The notes under the pieces: generated by a model
The model's database searches: none
The model's input: the letters and a program-made list of their open reading frames with translations, nothing else
What the model was told of the DNA's origin: nothing
Translations under genes and position numbers: made by a program
Assembly (NCBI GenBank): GCA_964270895.1
Contig: OZ185450.1
Reading direction: 5' to 3' (one strand)
From: Podarcis filfolensis
Lineage: Eukaryota
Length of the DNA stretch: 64,000 nt
Part shown: piece by piece, positions 26,165 through 40,172 of the stretch
Numbering within the stretch: the first letter of the stretch is position 1
How the letters are laid out: the number at the start of each line of letters is the position of its first letter

Positions 26165-26962
26165 GTAAGTAAGCGTGTACTCAAAATACATTGCAGTTGA
26201 TGGGCTTTTTTCTAAAGTTCCCATTTGCGGAGACCTATAATACCCATAAAAAAACCAAAGAGAGTGGCTGCAGTCTCATTGGAACTCCATGTCCAGTACT
26301 TGCTCTGAACCAGGATTCAGGAATTGAACATAGATCTGCAGTCTGAGTAGAACCCTGAGATTCTGTGAGTGATCTTCCATTCACAGAACAATGTCAGCAC
26401 TTGCTGATATAAGGGGAGGAAGGTGATTTTTGCAAATTTCTCCTCTCCTCTTTAGCCCCTAGGAAAATTTACTCTGGTAGAGTGGGGGTCCCTTGGCAAC
26501 AGTATTGAAAGTTGTCTGGCTGGTTGGCTGGCTGCAGGAATGAAGGCAGATTGGCAAAATCACCTTTCTTGCATTATTGGGAGGCTGTGCTCTTTCATAC
26601 ATAGAAGAGCACTTTAGGATCTCTTCACAATGAGAATACGCTTTCCTTGGGAACTTCCCAAAGTTCCATTGAAACAGACTTGTAGATTCGGGCTGTCCTA
26701 TAGCAAAGGCTAAACTGATGTACCATCAATAGCATGGCATATTCAGTTTTAGTAGGATTTCTGTAGTGTAAATATTATTTAGGTTCAGTAGTATTGCTGC
26801 CTATTTCCATGGGGCAGAAAGCTGTTCTCAAATGGCATAAAAATTTTGTAGGATGTGTGTGATTATAAACCTTTACTACTTGGTTCAAAACATGCCATAA
26901 GAGAGGATATTGACTGACTAGCAAGGTTTCTTCCACTCACTGAGCACATAATTCTCTCTTAG

Positions 26963-27094
26963 AAAGAACCTCCTCCTCAAAAAATACACAGGCTCCCTCT
27001 CAACCAGTTGGTATTCCTAAGCACTCTGTCATTCAAGAAGGGGCAACCAACAATTTTGGAGTGGTCCTTCCAGATTCATCTCGACATAGTGGAG
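26963..27094 (+). CDS. CDON: CDON exon 11, linker ([44 protein letters not shown])
   Basis: ttctctcttag| acceptor, G|gtaggt donor, 132 nt; the ORF track shows only another frame here. Confidence 0.93.
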
Positions 27095-29099
27095 GTAGGT
27101 GTTACCATTCAGATTTTTGTCTGTGCATTTTATACTGCAGCATACATTACAGTTTGGGGTGTGTGTGTGTGTGGAAACCCTCCTGAATGTTCTCTGGCTG
27201 TTCATCTGATTTTCAGGTCATTTATGTGTAAGTGTTCAATTTGTGACTTTTCTAGTTGAATGACAGTATAGCAACTTAAAAGAACACCAACTGAGCACTA
27301 AACTGTTTGTGGAATTGGGAAGGCCCCGTAGCTCATTGCAGAATGCATGCTTTACATGAAGAGGATCCAAATTCAATCCCTGGCATCTTCAGTTAAAACA
27401 AAAATCTGGTAGCAGATTATGAAAGACTGAGAACCTAGAAAATTGTCACTGCTCAGTGTGGGCAGTACTGATAGTAGATGTTTGATAGTCTGATGTGGTA
27501 TAAGGCAGCTTCTACATCCAGTTAAAGATCTTAGGTAGCAGTGCTGGGTAAGACCTCTGCTTTTGGGAGAGTGCTTCCAGTCAGAGTAGATTGCAGTAAG
27601 CTAGGTTGGGGTAGAGAACCTCTGGTCTGTGGAGCTTCACCAAACCACATCCACTTGCCTCAAACCTGACATCATATGTGATGTGAGGTGCCAGGCAGAT
27701 AGAAACTGCAGCTGGAAAGCAGTATTTAATCTGCCAATTAGTCGACCCCCACCTTGTGGACCAACTTTGACAGAGTATACACATTATGTCATCAGATGAT
27801 AGACAGTGGTCCCCCCGATTCATCAGAGTTTGTCCAAGAATGAACTCTCTGTGCATCAGCTGAAGTGTGGGGAGCCTAATCCGTGATTAATCCAAACCTT
27901 CCAGAAAGTAGGACTCCTCACTCATTACATGATATATTTACCCTCCTGATTTCCTATATGATTTGTTGTGTAATGAAGAGGGTTCCAGTGTATAATCAAA
28001 ATGTATTATTTGTGATGGTCTTTGGGTTGCATGTTGAGATGGTAGGATTAATGGAGTTTATAATTAGCATGTTGAGATGGTAGGATTAATGGAATTTATA
28101 ATTAGTGAGAGATGTCCTACTCATTTACTAAAAAATGAGTCCAATGTATGTTCCATCACTTTTGTCGTTGCTAAATTTTACAGAATAATTTAACGTTTCA
28201 TAGTTAAATTGATGTGAAACAACATAGTCAAGTGTCGGCGCTTGCATGTGTTGTCTGTCCTATGTGGTAGAAGATGACAAGCTGGAAAATAGCCTTAAGA
28301 ATATATAACCTTTTCATGGTTAAACTATGTATCTTCCTCTTTCAAATTATATCCTATTTCTCTATGCTGTACTCTATGTAGTTTAAGTGTATGAACCAAT
28401 AAAGTAAAGACTGAAGGATATGTCTGCCAGAATGGTTATAATCACACTTACTAACACCACCTCTCTCCATTCTTTCTGTTCCCACTGCTGTCTAACTTCA
28501 AGTGAGTTCAGTAAGTATTAATATAATATGCATGGTTTTGAATGCTAGCTAACTTGTTTCTAAGAGGTCTTAAAGCTTCTTGATACTTATGAAGGCTTTA
28601 TTCTTATAGTTACTGTATCTAGGAATTTCAGTTTAGATTGTAGGCTTTCTGTTCTGCAAATGGTGAGGTTTCTGTGCAACACGTTTATTTCAGTTTGGTA
28701 CCAAGTAGTAGTGACACAGCAGATCACCCTGTCTATTTCTGTGGTTGTGAATTAAGCTATGCAATTCTCTTGGTTTCTGATGATGTGCTAATGCTTCAGG
28801 ACTGGTGTGCGCTGACATAATACAGTGTTCTGGCATAACGTAGTCTATATACAATAGACTACATTGCCAAATTAGCTATTTTTTTCCCTAAGAAGCTTTA
28901 ATTATCTCCATATTTGAAAACTGAAATGATCTTCCATGTTTGTGTTTAAGAAAGGATTTTCTGGGCTTAAGACTAATGCACATTTGAGTATGTTCTTTCT
29001 CACTTGACTGAAACACATTATTAAATAAAATCTGGGTATAGAAATCAAGTGCTTCTAACTTCTAAATCTTTATGAAGCCTTCTCAATTTCCTATTTCAG

Positions 29100-29306
29100 T
29101 ACCTGAGGCACCAGATCGACCTACTATTTCCACGGCATCAGAGACTTCTGTTTATGTCACTTGGATCCCACGTGCCAATGGTGGATCACCCATCACTGCC
29201 TTTAAAGTAGAATATAAACGCATGAACAGGAACAGTGAGTGGCTGGTTGCAGCTGATAACATCTCCCCTTCCAAACTTTCAGTGGAAGTTGGCAGTTTGG
29301 ATCCAG
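29100..29306 (+). CDS. CDON: CDON exon 12, FnIII-2 N-part ([40 protein letters not shown]...)
   Basis: cctatttcag| acceptor, G|gtatta donor, 207 nt. Confidence 0.96.
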
Positions 29307-29806
29307 GTATTAATATGCATTTTTTGTTCAAGAGAGATCACAATCAGTATTATGCATTTCTGCATTGGCGCTGTAGCCAAGTTAAAATCCTGTTAAACTA
29401 TAGGATGTTGCTTTTAATGCCACCAATGTTATATAAGATTCAGGGAAATTAGCAGTCCTTGTGTCTTAACTATCACAAACTTTTTTAGTCAAGCATCTGA
29501 ACAGCATTTTCATAATAAGCATGAGAATAAGTCACTGACCACCTTTACTTTCCTAACTTGGTATAGAGAGCAGGCATGTGCTCACATCTTGCCATATCTT
29601 TTCTGGTGGAAAATAACATCTCATCCAGTATTTGGCTAGATTGGATCTTTCTATCAGGAAGGGATGTCCAGCTAGTAAGTGAGAAAAATAGTATAAGATA
29701 ATCTTACAATAAGGGCCATTTGGATCTTTCTGTTCTATGTTTCTAGAATGCTGGGTTTTATCTTATCATCTAATGTTCAGTTCTCTCTTTTTTTGCCATA
29801 TGAAAG

Positions 29807-29988
29807 GAGCTGCATATAAGTTTCGTGTGATTGCTATTAATAACTACGGGGAGAGCCCACGAAGTTCTGCCTCTCGGCCTTATCAGGTAGCTGGCTTTAC
29901 CAATCGGTTTTCCAACCGACCCGTCACAGGACCACACATTGCTTACACTGAGGCGGTCAGCGACACTCAGATCATGTTAAAGTGGACT
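29807..29988 (+). CDS. CDON: CDON exon 13, FnIII-2 end and FnIII-3 start ([18 protein letters not shown]...TQIMLKWT)
   Basis: atatgaaag| acceptor, ACT|gtaagt donor, 182 nt. Confidence 0.94.
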
Positions 29989-30249
29989 GTAAGTATCAAT
30001 TTATGTGCACCATGAAAAAATTGATTTTGCTTGCATCTCGCGTTAGATCAAACGTTCTGTACAGCAACAGATCAGTGGATTATACTAAACTGACCTTTTG
30101 GGAACCAAAAGCTGTATATGAAAAGCAGTGAGCACTTGAAATGCACAGTATAAATGCTGAGTATTTACAGTCAGTTTAGCAACCAGTATTGCACTCAGGA
30201 AAATGCCTTGGTGAACATGTACTCTTAAAAACTTGCATCAAAACATAAT

Positions 30250-30990
30250 ATAGATAGTGCCTACTGTAACTCTGTAGGGTGGCTGTTCCACATAGTAGGT
30301 GCTACCCTTTTCCTGGTGGTCTGGAGGCTGGAAGGTGCATTAAGAGGGCTCATCTTCTGATCTCATTGCATGGACAGGTCTATATGGGAGGAAGTATTCC
30401 TTTGTGCAACCCGGTTCCAAGTTGTTTAAGGTTTTATAAATTGCAGTAGACCCTTAAACTTTGTTTAATTGCAAATTGAAAGCCAGTGCAGTTTCTTCAA
30501 GTGGGATGTTACATGCCCACAGAATGGTGCTCCACTGAGCAACCAAGTTACCACATTGTACACCAGCTGCAACTTTCGAAACAGTCTTCAGAGCAGCCCC
30601 ACATTGAATACATTATATTACTGCAATCTCAGAATTTCCAAGGCATGGGTCACTAGCTTAGGCTGTGCCTTTCTAAGAACAGTCATAGCTGACATACCAG
30701 CCGGAGCTATAAAAAGGCATTCATAGCCATGGAGCCTACTTGAGTCACCAGTGACAGAGATAGATCTAGGTATACCCCAGACTAGATACCTATTCCTTCA
30801 GGCAAAAGCAGCCCCATCCCGAACATGCAACTCTTCTGTTTCCCAGAACCAGGAACCACTTACCCATAGGGCCTCAGCTTTAGTTCATTGATCCTCATCC
30901 ATGTGTAAAGGCAACAGGGTCACATTACTCCTGCCCTTCTCCTGATAAAGGTCATCCCTCAAGATGACCAAAGCTAATTTGGTCTGAACC
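30250..30990 (-). mobile_element. L2 LINE fragment in CDON intron 13
   Basis: + strand text (ccaagttgtttaaggttttataaa, cagccccacattgaatacatt, ccccagactagatacct) is the reverse complement of L2 ORF2 C-terminal motifs such as SLGV.LD and LDYCN.LY.GL. Confidence 0.65.
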
Positions 30991-31223
30991 CAGAATGGAA
31001 TGGTTCCCGATTTTAAACCTTTAAACAATAATGAGAGTATAGCTTTAGCTAAAATTCTAGAACTGTATTCACAAAATACTTCTCACTGTTTTAAAGTCCA
31101 CTTTTGTTCCGTTGTCTCTTCCCGCATTACATTAACATTGTCTTTCAGCCCCTGCCCCAGGAAAATATATCCCTTGTTGACTGTAGTTCTGGAATTTCAG
31201 TTGTTTTAATATTTCTTTTCTAG

Positions 31224-31418
<195 letters not shown>

Positions 31419-34400
31419 TAATGTAAAGAAAACATAACAAAGACATCACAAAAAAGACATCACAGAAATAGACAACTCTGTATAAGGGACTGTGCTCATT
31501 GTAACATTTAAGAAAGCCAAAGTGTAATGTGGGGGGGGGGGATGAGAACCCTTTCTGATTCCTGTGAACTAGAGTTGAGGCACTAGAATAAACATCTGTG
31601 TCACTATCTGCCAGATCTTGAACCCTTGTCACAGAAATTGCAGTGGGACTATATTTGTGGAGTATTAGTTCTCATAATAAATTTCGCACATGATCCATAA
31701 ATCTCATTATGGTCTAACAGGATTGTGTGGAAGCTGTTCATGTGAATGAATGATCCTTCACTTTTTGAATTCAGTGTCCCATTACTATAAAGATGCCATG
31801 TTGTTAACTTTTAGGTTACAAATTTGAGATAAGCTGCAAAATTTTCTATACTGCAATTGTTCTTCTATTTAATTCAGGTGTCAAATCTCTTAACGTGCTT
31901 GAAGCTGGAAAAGAACTGGCTTCTCAGATTTAGTCTCATAACACTAATATATAAGCAGCTGATTTTATTGGATGGATTTTGGTCCATTTGTAGGTCTTAA
32001 TTTTATGAGCTGTACAGTGGGAAAGTATATAAACCAATTACATTCGTTAACGCAGGAACAGGCATTTGGTTGAGCACTGACAACTACAGAATTCCTCTGA
32101 TAACACCTGTTAGTGCATCTATGAGCTCTTAAAATTATTTTATGTAAGATTAAACCTGTTCTCACAATTGCATAGAATGGCTATGGCTGCCATAAGTTGC
32201 CATGCTTGAATCTATTACTATATTAATATTGCTCTACAATGCTACAGGGCTGCTAAACACCTATGTAATGAGTGTAGTTAACTGAGAGGTTAAGCTATTA
32301 CCTTGGAAGAAGTTCAGTGTTTCACTTGTAGCCTTTCTGGTACACAGAATCTGTGTTTATAAATGTTTAAGTGAGCTCCGCTGTGCTGTGAAATTTGCTT
32401 GTTCCTGATTGTTCAGGTTTATGCATTCTGAAATCTTAAAAGAAGCCTGAAACCACTAGCAGCTGCTCTGCTGTGCCAAAGCTTGAACAGAAAGTTGCAC
32501 AGTGGTAGAAATGTTATACATCAAACTCTTCTTTACTACATTATATATCCACAACTACTTATTGATTTAAATATTCAAATTAGCCTTAGTTATGTAGGAA
32601 AATATAGAGAGGGGAATCTCTTGTGCATGCCTTTTGGATCACTGCAGTATTTTTCTTTTTCTTTTTTGTACCTTTCATAAGTAAATTTCGGCACAGGATT
32701 TTCAGTTCCAAACACTCAGTAGTAAAGTTTTCGCAATGGTTGTGACTTCATTAGTAGCCCAAGGTTTCATTTCATGATCAGTCTTGTCTTTCTGAGATTG
32801 TCTCAAAACTTTGATGCCTTTTCTGTATATGTTGCCACATGCTAGCTTGATTTTATTTTTAAAGTTCCTGATGTTTGCATTTGGTTCTTCATTACATAGT
32901 CAGTAGTTTTCTGTCTTTCTGCTTGTTCAACAAAAGCACCACCAAACCTTTTGTTGTCTCCTGTGCTGAAATTTTGCATTCCATACTTGGTTCATGGAGC
33001 TAGTGTCAAAAACTCAAAGTGCATTCAGATAACAGTTGCTTACATTTTCCTTGCTTCAATATATGGGAACAGAGTTAAAATATTTGTACTGATTCCAGTT
33101 CTAGTAAACGTTTGAAGGGAAAATCTAAAGCCTGATGTAATTACTAAAAGGATGCTTGAGGTGTAATGAGAAGATGGAGCTTAGAAAGATTTGGAAAACT
33201 GAGTTCCTGGGGAAAAGCTAGTCTGCTGCTTCAGCCTGTATTCATTTTTGAGGATATAAGCTGCAAACATAAATGAACTATGATTTGTTTGAAACAGTCA
33301 CCTCCAAGGCTCTTCAACAAAGCAGTTAAACACACAGACTTTCAGATATTGGCAGGCTGTATTGTACAACAGTGGTGTTCTCTTGTCGGTTCAGTCTTTC
33401 AGTAGGGACAATAGTTGTATATGCATGTGATTCACACCTGGAGTGTGATTTTGAGGGGAAGCAGAATTACACTGGCTGACTCAAGCTCTATGCATTGACG
33501 CAAAGGTGAGAATTAGGTGTCTGTGCGTGTACATGTCTGTAGCCTTCCATGCAGTTGAGATCCGTGATTGATCAATGTTTCAGGTGGTGCCGAAGCATCT
33601 GTGCACATAAAGGCCCATTTTCACCTTTGTCGGACTGTATGTGGAGATCAGGGGAAGCACCAACTGAAACGACCCTGATTTACTTCCACCTTTCTAAGTG
33701 GAGCAAAGAAGAGCATTGGGTTATTGTGTAAATAGCACCCCTATTTGGGTGCTGTTGAAATACAGTAGCATCTTGATACTATTCTTCCCTGTGAAGGCTA
33801 TAGCTTATAGATCTGTCTGTGTTCTAGGTGGAAGCAGTTCCAGCAGAAATAGACCACGATGTCGACATTTAAGAAGCATTAGGCGTATCTAAACCATCTT
33901 AATTATAATATAGTGGGTTCCTCTTTATTAAAACTTGTCATAAGGGTGAGCATACAGACTGAAAGTGATTTATGAGTACAGAGAAAACACCAGGTGGTGT
34001 CTAAACGAAAAATTGACTTTCAGCCAGACACAGTAAAATCATTCTCTTAAATGAACTTGTTTGGATTAGAATTTCCAATGCTGAATATCAAAGGCCTTCT
34101 TACTTCATATATTTTCATAGTACATAAAAATTGTCTGCAGCTAGTCATGCTGTTGGTAAACTGCTTTCCTCAGGTTCTCTGGAGTATGTTCTTAGACTTA
34201 AGTATAGAATTGAGTGGCTTCAAGTCTTTTTGTGATGTCTTCACTTTTCTGCCTTTAAAAACACACACACACCCTAAGGTGGCTAGCAAAATGTTACTCC
34301 TTTTATCATATGATTTGTTGTATCAACAGAAGACCTACAGACAAAAGTACAGTTTCTCTTTCTACCAGGCTCCTATCACATGCTTTATTTTTAAAAAAGT

Positions 34401-35523
34401 CAAGTCTTAATAGCATGGTGGAAAGTGCTGTGGGAAAACCTCACCTAAGGTCTGTTGCACAGCTGAGTCCTTTACTCACTATCAAAATGACAAGTGACAC
34501 TCAATAATTCTCTAAAAGCAAATTTAATTTCTTACTTGAGCAGAAAAGGTAACAACAAGCGATCAGAAAAGTGATCAGAGGCTGAATCCTTATCTCTGTT
34601 TGCACACAGTTTTTATACATATAGGTTAGACTTGCAAGACTCCCAGTAATACAATCTTGCGTGTGATAGCGCCAGCTTAACTGCATAGACAGATGCTTCC
34701 ACATTTCAGCTAGCTAGGCATTTTTTTGTTTATTCCATTTAAATGTCATGGCCTAGCATGCTCCTAAAACTTCCCTTTACACACCCTCTTGTGGTTTGCT
34801 TTTTCTCTGTTCCTCTCTTAAGCTTGCATGTCAGCATGATTACAATGAGAATACATGATTATGGTGTCAGCCTGCAGTAAGATGGTGTTAGTCTTGCTTA
34901 AGCTATAACAAAGGTGGAGGTGGTTCATGTTAACTCTGTGTATCATATTGTGATTAGTTGTATCAACAGCGAGTCAAAAGTACAGTGTCTCTTTCTACCA
35001 GGCTCCTATTGCATGCTTTATTTATTTATTTTTTAAAGTCAGATCTTAATAGCATGGTGGAAGGCCACCAACAATGGCGCTAGATGAGTCTCTTCTATGA
35101 TCATAGCATGTTGTGATCCATGGCTGTCCATGCGTACTGCTTTGTATTGGCCAAATTCCAAAGTTTAAAACAACCACTTTCTGCCAAATATTTCTTATTG
35201 CAGTTTTATTTATGTGTCTGATTCAGACTTTGCCCTTAGGGTTTTATGTTAAATAGATGCTACATTCCATCTTTGAGACAAACATGTTCAGGAAGGTTGT
35301 AGACATTTTATTAGTAGTAAATTAAATTCTTCTTATATGCATATTTGTGTATGTAAGACTGATTTTGGCCTGCTATCTTAGCTCTTAATTGCAATGGGCC
35401 ATTTATTTTTTACCTGTTGTCCTCAAATTGTAAGGACAGTTCCTACATTTTTTAGCTCAGTTTATATTTTCCAAATTGTGAAACAAACATGCTACATGTC
35501 TATATGTTTTTCTTTCTTTCTAG

Positions 35524-35646
35524 GCACAAAGCAGTGGCACTTGATAAGTCACCTGCAACCTGAAACATCTTATGATATTAAAATGCAGTGCTACAATGAA
35601 GGAGGTGAAAGTGACTACAGCAATGTAATGATCTGTGAGACCAAAG
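35524..35646 (+). CDS. CDON: CDON exon 15, FnIII-3 C-part ([41 protein letters not shown])
   Basis: tttctttctag| acceptor, G|gtgaga donor, 123 nt. Confidence 0.96.
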
Positions 35647-35722
35647 GTGAGAAGGAGCTGTTATTTTTCTTCTGTCACTAAACCAATAGCCATATATTTG
35701 CTGTTCCCTAATCTTCATACTT

Positions 35723-36085
35723 GGGACGCGGGTGGCGCTGTGGTCCAAACCACAGAGCCTAGGGCTTGCCGATCAGAAGGTCAGTGGTTCGAATCCCTGC
35801 AATGGGGTAAGCCCCCATTGTTCGGTTCCAGCTCCCCCCCCCCCACCTAGCAATTCGAAAGCACGTCAACATGCAAGTAGATAAGTAGGTACCGCTCCGG
35901 CAGGAAGGTAAATGGCATTTCCATGCGCTGCTCTGGTTCGCCAGAAGCAGCTTAGTCATGCTGGCCACATGACCCGGAAGCAGTCTGCGGACAAACGCTG
36001 GCTCCCTCGGCCTATAAAGCGAGATGAGCGTGCAACCCCAGAGCCGTCTGCAACTGGACCTAACAGTCAGGGGTACCTTCACCTT
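35723..36085 (+). mobile_element. Full-length Sauria SINE in CDON intron 15
   Basis: Head gggacgcgggtggcgctgtgg, tail ggggtaccttcacctt; perfect 14-bp TSD taatcttcatactt (35709-35722 and 36086-36099). Confidence 0.93.
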
Positions 36086-36907
36086 TAATCTTCATACTTA
36101 TGTAAGAATTCATTTCTTTTCCAATATTTTTCACAATATTTCAGATGTTTTAGTTAGTTTCTTGACTTCATGAAAATAAATATTCCATTTCAGCACACTA
36201 TATGTAATCTAATATGGGCTTTTAGAAATCACATGCTACCATCAAAACCACACCTCAGTGGTTGAGAGAGCTTCTCATTCAATGCATAAAACTGTGCTAT
36301 CTTCCCATACTTTATCTCAAGCTAATGTTCCTGCTTGTTATTGCTGTAAACAAAACGACGGCTTCAGTTTCTCGGTTCAGAAAGACACGTAGGATTTATC
36401 AGCAGCTACCCAATACCCTTGTTGTTCAATAAATAATTTATTTCTTTTAAAGCAAACTATGTTTGAAACTATGATCAGTTTTAAAATATAAAATTTTGGG
36501 ATACTAGTAAGGGTAGAAGAAGGATCTTTAATAAATTTTACGCACACCTGTCCCAGAATATATTGGTATGTGTTCATTTCAAGCCATCCATAAGCATCGA
36601 TATTTGACAACAAAAATCGGCCCATTATCTTTTTTTGTCAACTACTTTACATTTTGGTAATGTTCATTATTCCTATGTGTGAAAGAAGCTAAAGCAGTGA
36701 GACGTGTGGACTTGAGGGTAAACAAATTCCAAAACAAATATATATTATCAAGTAACTTACGATAAAAAATGTTCTACCATCATATTTTATGCCATTTTGG
36801 ATTACGGTAGTTGCAGCTCTTGATTGACTTATAGAATGAATAACACTTCTGTAGACTTGCTATTTTAAATGTGTGTTTTATCTTATACCCTCCTCCCTCC
36901 ATATTAG

Positions 36908-37135
36908 TGAAGCGCACACCTGGAGCATCAGAATACCCAGTGAAGGACCTTAGCACACCACCAAATTCTCCTGATCGTGGAGTTGGGAGTAATGCTGGTC
37001 AACCAAATGGTCCCGTCCGAAGCAGTGACATGTTATACCTGATCGTGGGCTGTGTCCTTGGAGTGATGGTGCTTATTCTGATAGCCTTCATTGCTATGTG
37101 CTTGTGGAAGAATCGCCAGCAAATTGCCATGCAGA
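36908..37135 (+). CDS. CDON: CDON exon 16, juxtamembrane and transmembrane helix ([25 protein letters not shown])
   Basis: ccatattag| acceptor, A|gtaggt donor, 228 nt; hydrophobic stretch followed by KNR. Confidence 0.95.
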
Positions 37136-37956
37136 GTAGGTTAATTCTAATATTCTTCATGTCCTCTGCTGGACCAAACCTAATGAAACAACATTGTTGC
37201 CAAGTAACCTAACACCACAACATTCATTGTGAATTTCAGTTGCTGTTATGATCACCACTGAATAACAGAGGGGAACAAATTTGGAAAAGCGCTTTATTCT
37301 TCTTATGAAACATAGAGATTAGAGCCTAACTCCGTGCCTTCACTTTCCATTCCAACTTAGCAATAGAAATGTATTCTAGGAGAACTTTATATTTTCACTT
37401 TCAGAGGATATTGGTAGATATAGTTAATGGCCAACTTACATAGTTACAGTCTTCTTTGAAATCTGCTGGGAAAGGGAGACGCTTCCTGTTCCTACATTTT
37501 TGGTATTCTAAATGTTCATAAGGTATAGCAATTGTGTCTTGGTCTGGGGGAAATGTGGGATATAAATAAATATAATAATAGCAGTTTTACTTGGCTCTTA
37601 TAACTATAGATCTGACAGAACAATCTATATTGCATTGAATAGTGCTGGTGCAATAAAATAAGTGTCTTTATGCCACAAAAGCTGTCAGATTCCCCAAACA
37701 GTGGTAAATATGCAAAACATGTAATCTGTGTTAGCCCCTTAATTATCAGTGGTGGTAATCTGCTATCTGAACTCTGTTAGTCAGATTGTAGCATGTTTTA
37801 CAATTTGCAAAGGGCTTAAGGCATTGTAGTGCTAGGGGTGTAAACTCTATCATGAACAGCCAGCTGTAAAACGTTTTCATCTGTAACCTTTTCAGCTAAA
37901 AAACATGTTTAAGAGTTGAAGTGTTAAGCATTTTCTCCCAATCCTCACTCTTGCAG

Positions 37957-38243
37957 AATATGACCCTCCTGGTTACCTTTACCAACGTGCTGATATCAAT
38001 GGGCAAATGGTTGAGTACACAACATTACCAGGCACAAGTCGTATCAATGGCAGCATACATGGAAACTTTATCAGTAATGGAAACCATAATAATGGTTGCC
38101 TTCACCTCCATCACAAGGTTCCTAATGGAACGAATGGAATCATGAATGGTGCTGTAAATGGAGGAACTGTTGTTTATCCAAGGCACACTAATTCCCTGTC
38201 CAGAGCGCACATGGAATATGAACACACCCACCACCTCGGAAAT
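37957..38243 (+). CDS. CDON: CDON exon 17, cytoplasmic ([10 protein letters not shown]...EHTHHLGN)
   Basis: cactcttgcag| acceptor, AAT|gtaagt donor, 287 nt. Confidence 0.94.
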
Positions 38244-39942
38244 GTAAGTAAGCCCTAGATGTTGGAGGTCTGTTTCTTGAACATAATACGAAATGAAATC
38301 TTAGGAAATGGAAAGCATTCAGCACTTAACAAAAATATGTTGAAAATTCCACAACATGGCATGCTTTTTGAAGCTTAACTTGCTGGAAGTAACCTCATAG
38401 AAGTATGTTACATTAAAATTAATCATTTCAGACCCCTACAAGAGAACTGCACATGTATTTCAAATGACATCTCCATACATCTCAGTTAATTTTATATTTT
38501 GAATCTGAATATATGGATTTGTTTGTAAACTCTATCCCCACCCAACCCCCTTTTTTACATAACCCATGAGCTTTTACTGCACTGTTAGGGGTTAGAATCT
38601 TCATTTTTAAACAGCATTTTTAACACCCAATATTAATGTTTTGCTAACCTGGTGATTACAGAGAGGCTCAAAAAGGTTGGCTAAAAGATCAAGCATAGCA
38701 AATATGCTGTCTTTCAGTTCTCATCATTTCTTGTGACTCTGCAAAGTTTTTCAGAATAAAGATGTTATGCATGCATGTGTGAACCTGATGGGATGAACAA
38801 ACACCATTGAAAAGTTTTGCGTTAGACTTGGTTGAAGAAAGTTGTGCTTTTAGTGATCTATTTTTATATTATATATGTGCATGTCATCAATGGTGATTTT
38901 TTATGTGTGAACCAGCATATAGATAGATAGAGGTAACTTGCATAAGTGTAGTTTCCCATGTACTATTCTGCTTTGTTGGTTTTTTTTGTTCTTGAAGGCT
39001 GTCAGCCCAACTTTAATGAAGGTGCTTGGGTGGAATTATTCCTCAGGCATTCTCAGTTTAACTCTACGTCACAGTAATAATGGCAGTTACACATTGGATA
39101 CCCTTCCACTCACTTACATTGCTTGGAGATTTTTGTGATCTTATTGGAGACTTCTCACATTCTTCCATTAATTGTGCCAGAACCTTTAGCTTTATGACCA
39201 GGCTGTTACTACAGCCCCATTTCAGGTTTAACTTTTAAGCAGTGCACTTTATTACATTACAGTGTGCCAAAACTTTAGGTTAATAAATCAGAAAATCCCT
39301 CCTCCTGGTCCTGCTCTGACACACCATAAGTCTATCTGCATTCTGAATGTTTGAGACTTGGGTTGAAATTATTAAGAATGATTGTGATTAGGCCCATGTA
39401 TTATGAAAAAAATATTCATTTGTTTCCCCAAGGAATTATCTAAATACTAATTTTTTTTCAACACTAGTCCTGCTCAAAACGTTTTGAATATTTTATGGGG
39501 AAACAAATAATGTGTTCAATTTTTTTGAGTAAGTATACTTCTGAGGGTAGTGGGGAATATAGGACTAGTGTTTGTTTTTGGTAACTGAACACAAGAGCTT
39601 CATTTTAGGGAGAAACAGATTGCTGCTCAAGCAAGAGTTGCCACTTCAGATAACCTTACCTTATCTTATTTCTTTTTGCAGCACTCTTAAAATCCTAAGT
39701 TCTCATTCTTTCTAAAAAGCCAACCCAAACACTGATTTTAGAAGTATCAAAACACAATTCTATAAGCATTCTGTAAGTGATGGATATATCCAGACTATGT
39801 GAACCTAAACAGAACAATTGTCTATTGTCTGTATAGGGGTATTCCAGGGACACAAACCTAAAACAGGTGTTAACCAGTTTTCTTTTAGATGCTTGTCTAA
39901 GGCCTGATTCTCACTTTGACATTTACATTCTTAATAAAAATA

Positions 39943-40172
39943 CAGTCATACCTCGGGTTACAGGTTGCGTGTTTTCAGGTTGTGCACCACCCCAAACCCG
40001 GAAGTACCGGAATGGTTTATTCCAGGTTTCAGCGCATGCGCAGAAGCACTAAATCGCACTTTGCGCATACACATAAGTGCCGAAACGCGACCCCCCTTGT
40101 GCGCAGATGCGGCGCTGTGGGTTGCGAACTTGTCTTCTGCACGGATCACGTTCGCAACCCGAGCATCCACTG
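39943..40172. mobile_element. Tc1/mariner-superfamily (Tigger/pogo-like) MITE
   Basis: TA|cagtcatacctcgggtt ... aacccgagcatccactg|TA: imperfect TIRs with a TA target duplication. Confidence 0.85.

Noticed and set aside
33400-33740. GC-balanced unique block with a tcagggg...ccctga stem, considered as ncRNA or pseudogene
   Set aside because: No snoRNA boxes or convincing fold, and no recognisable peptide in the frames I translated; it may be a conserved non-coding element, which needs an alignment.
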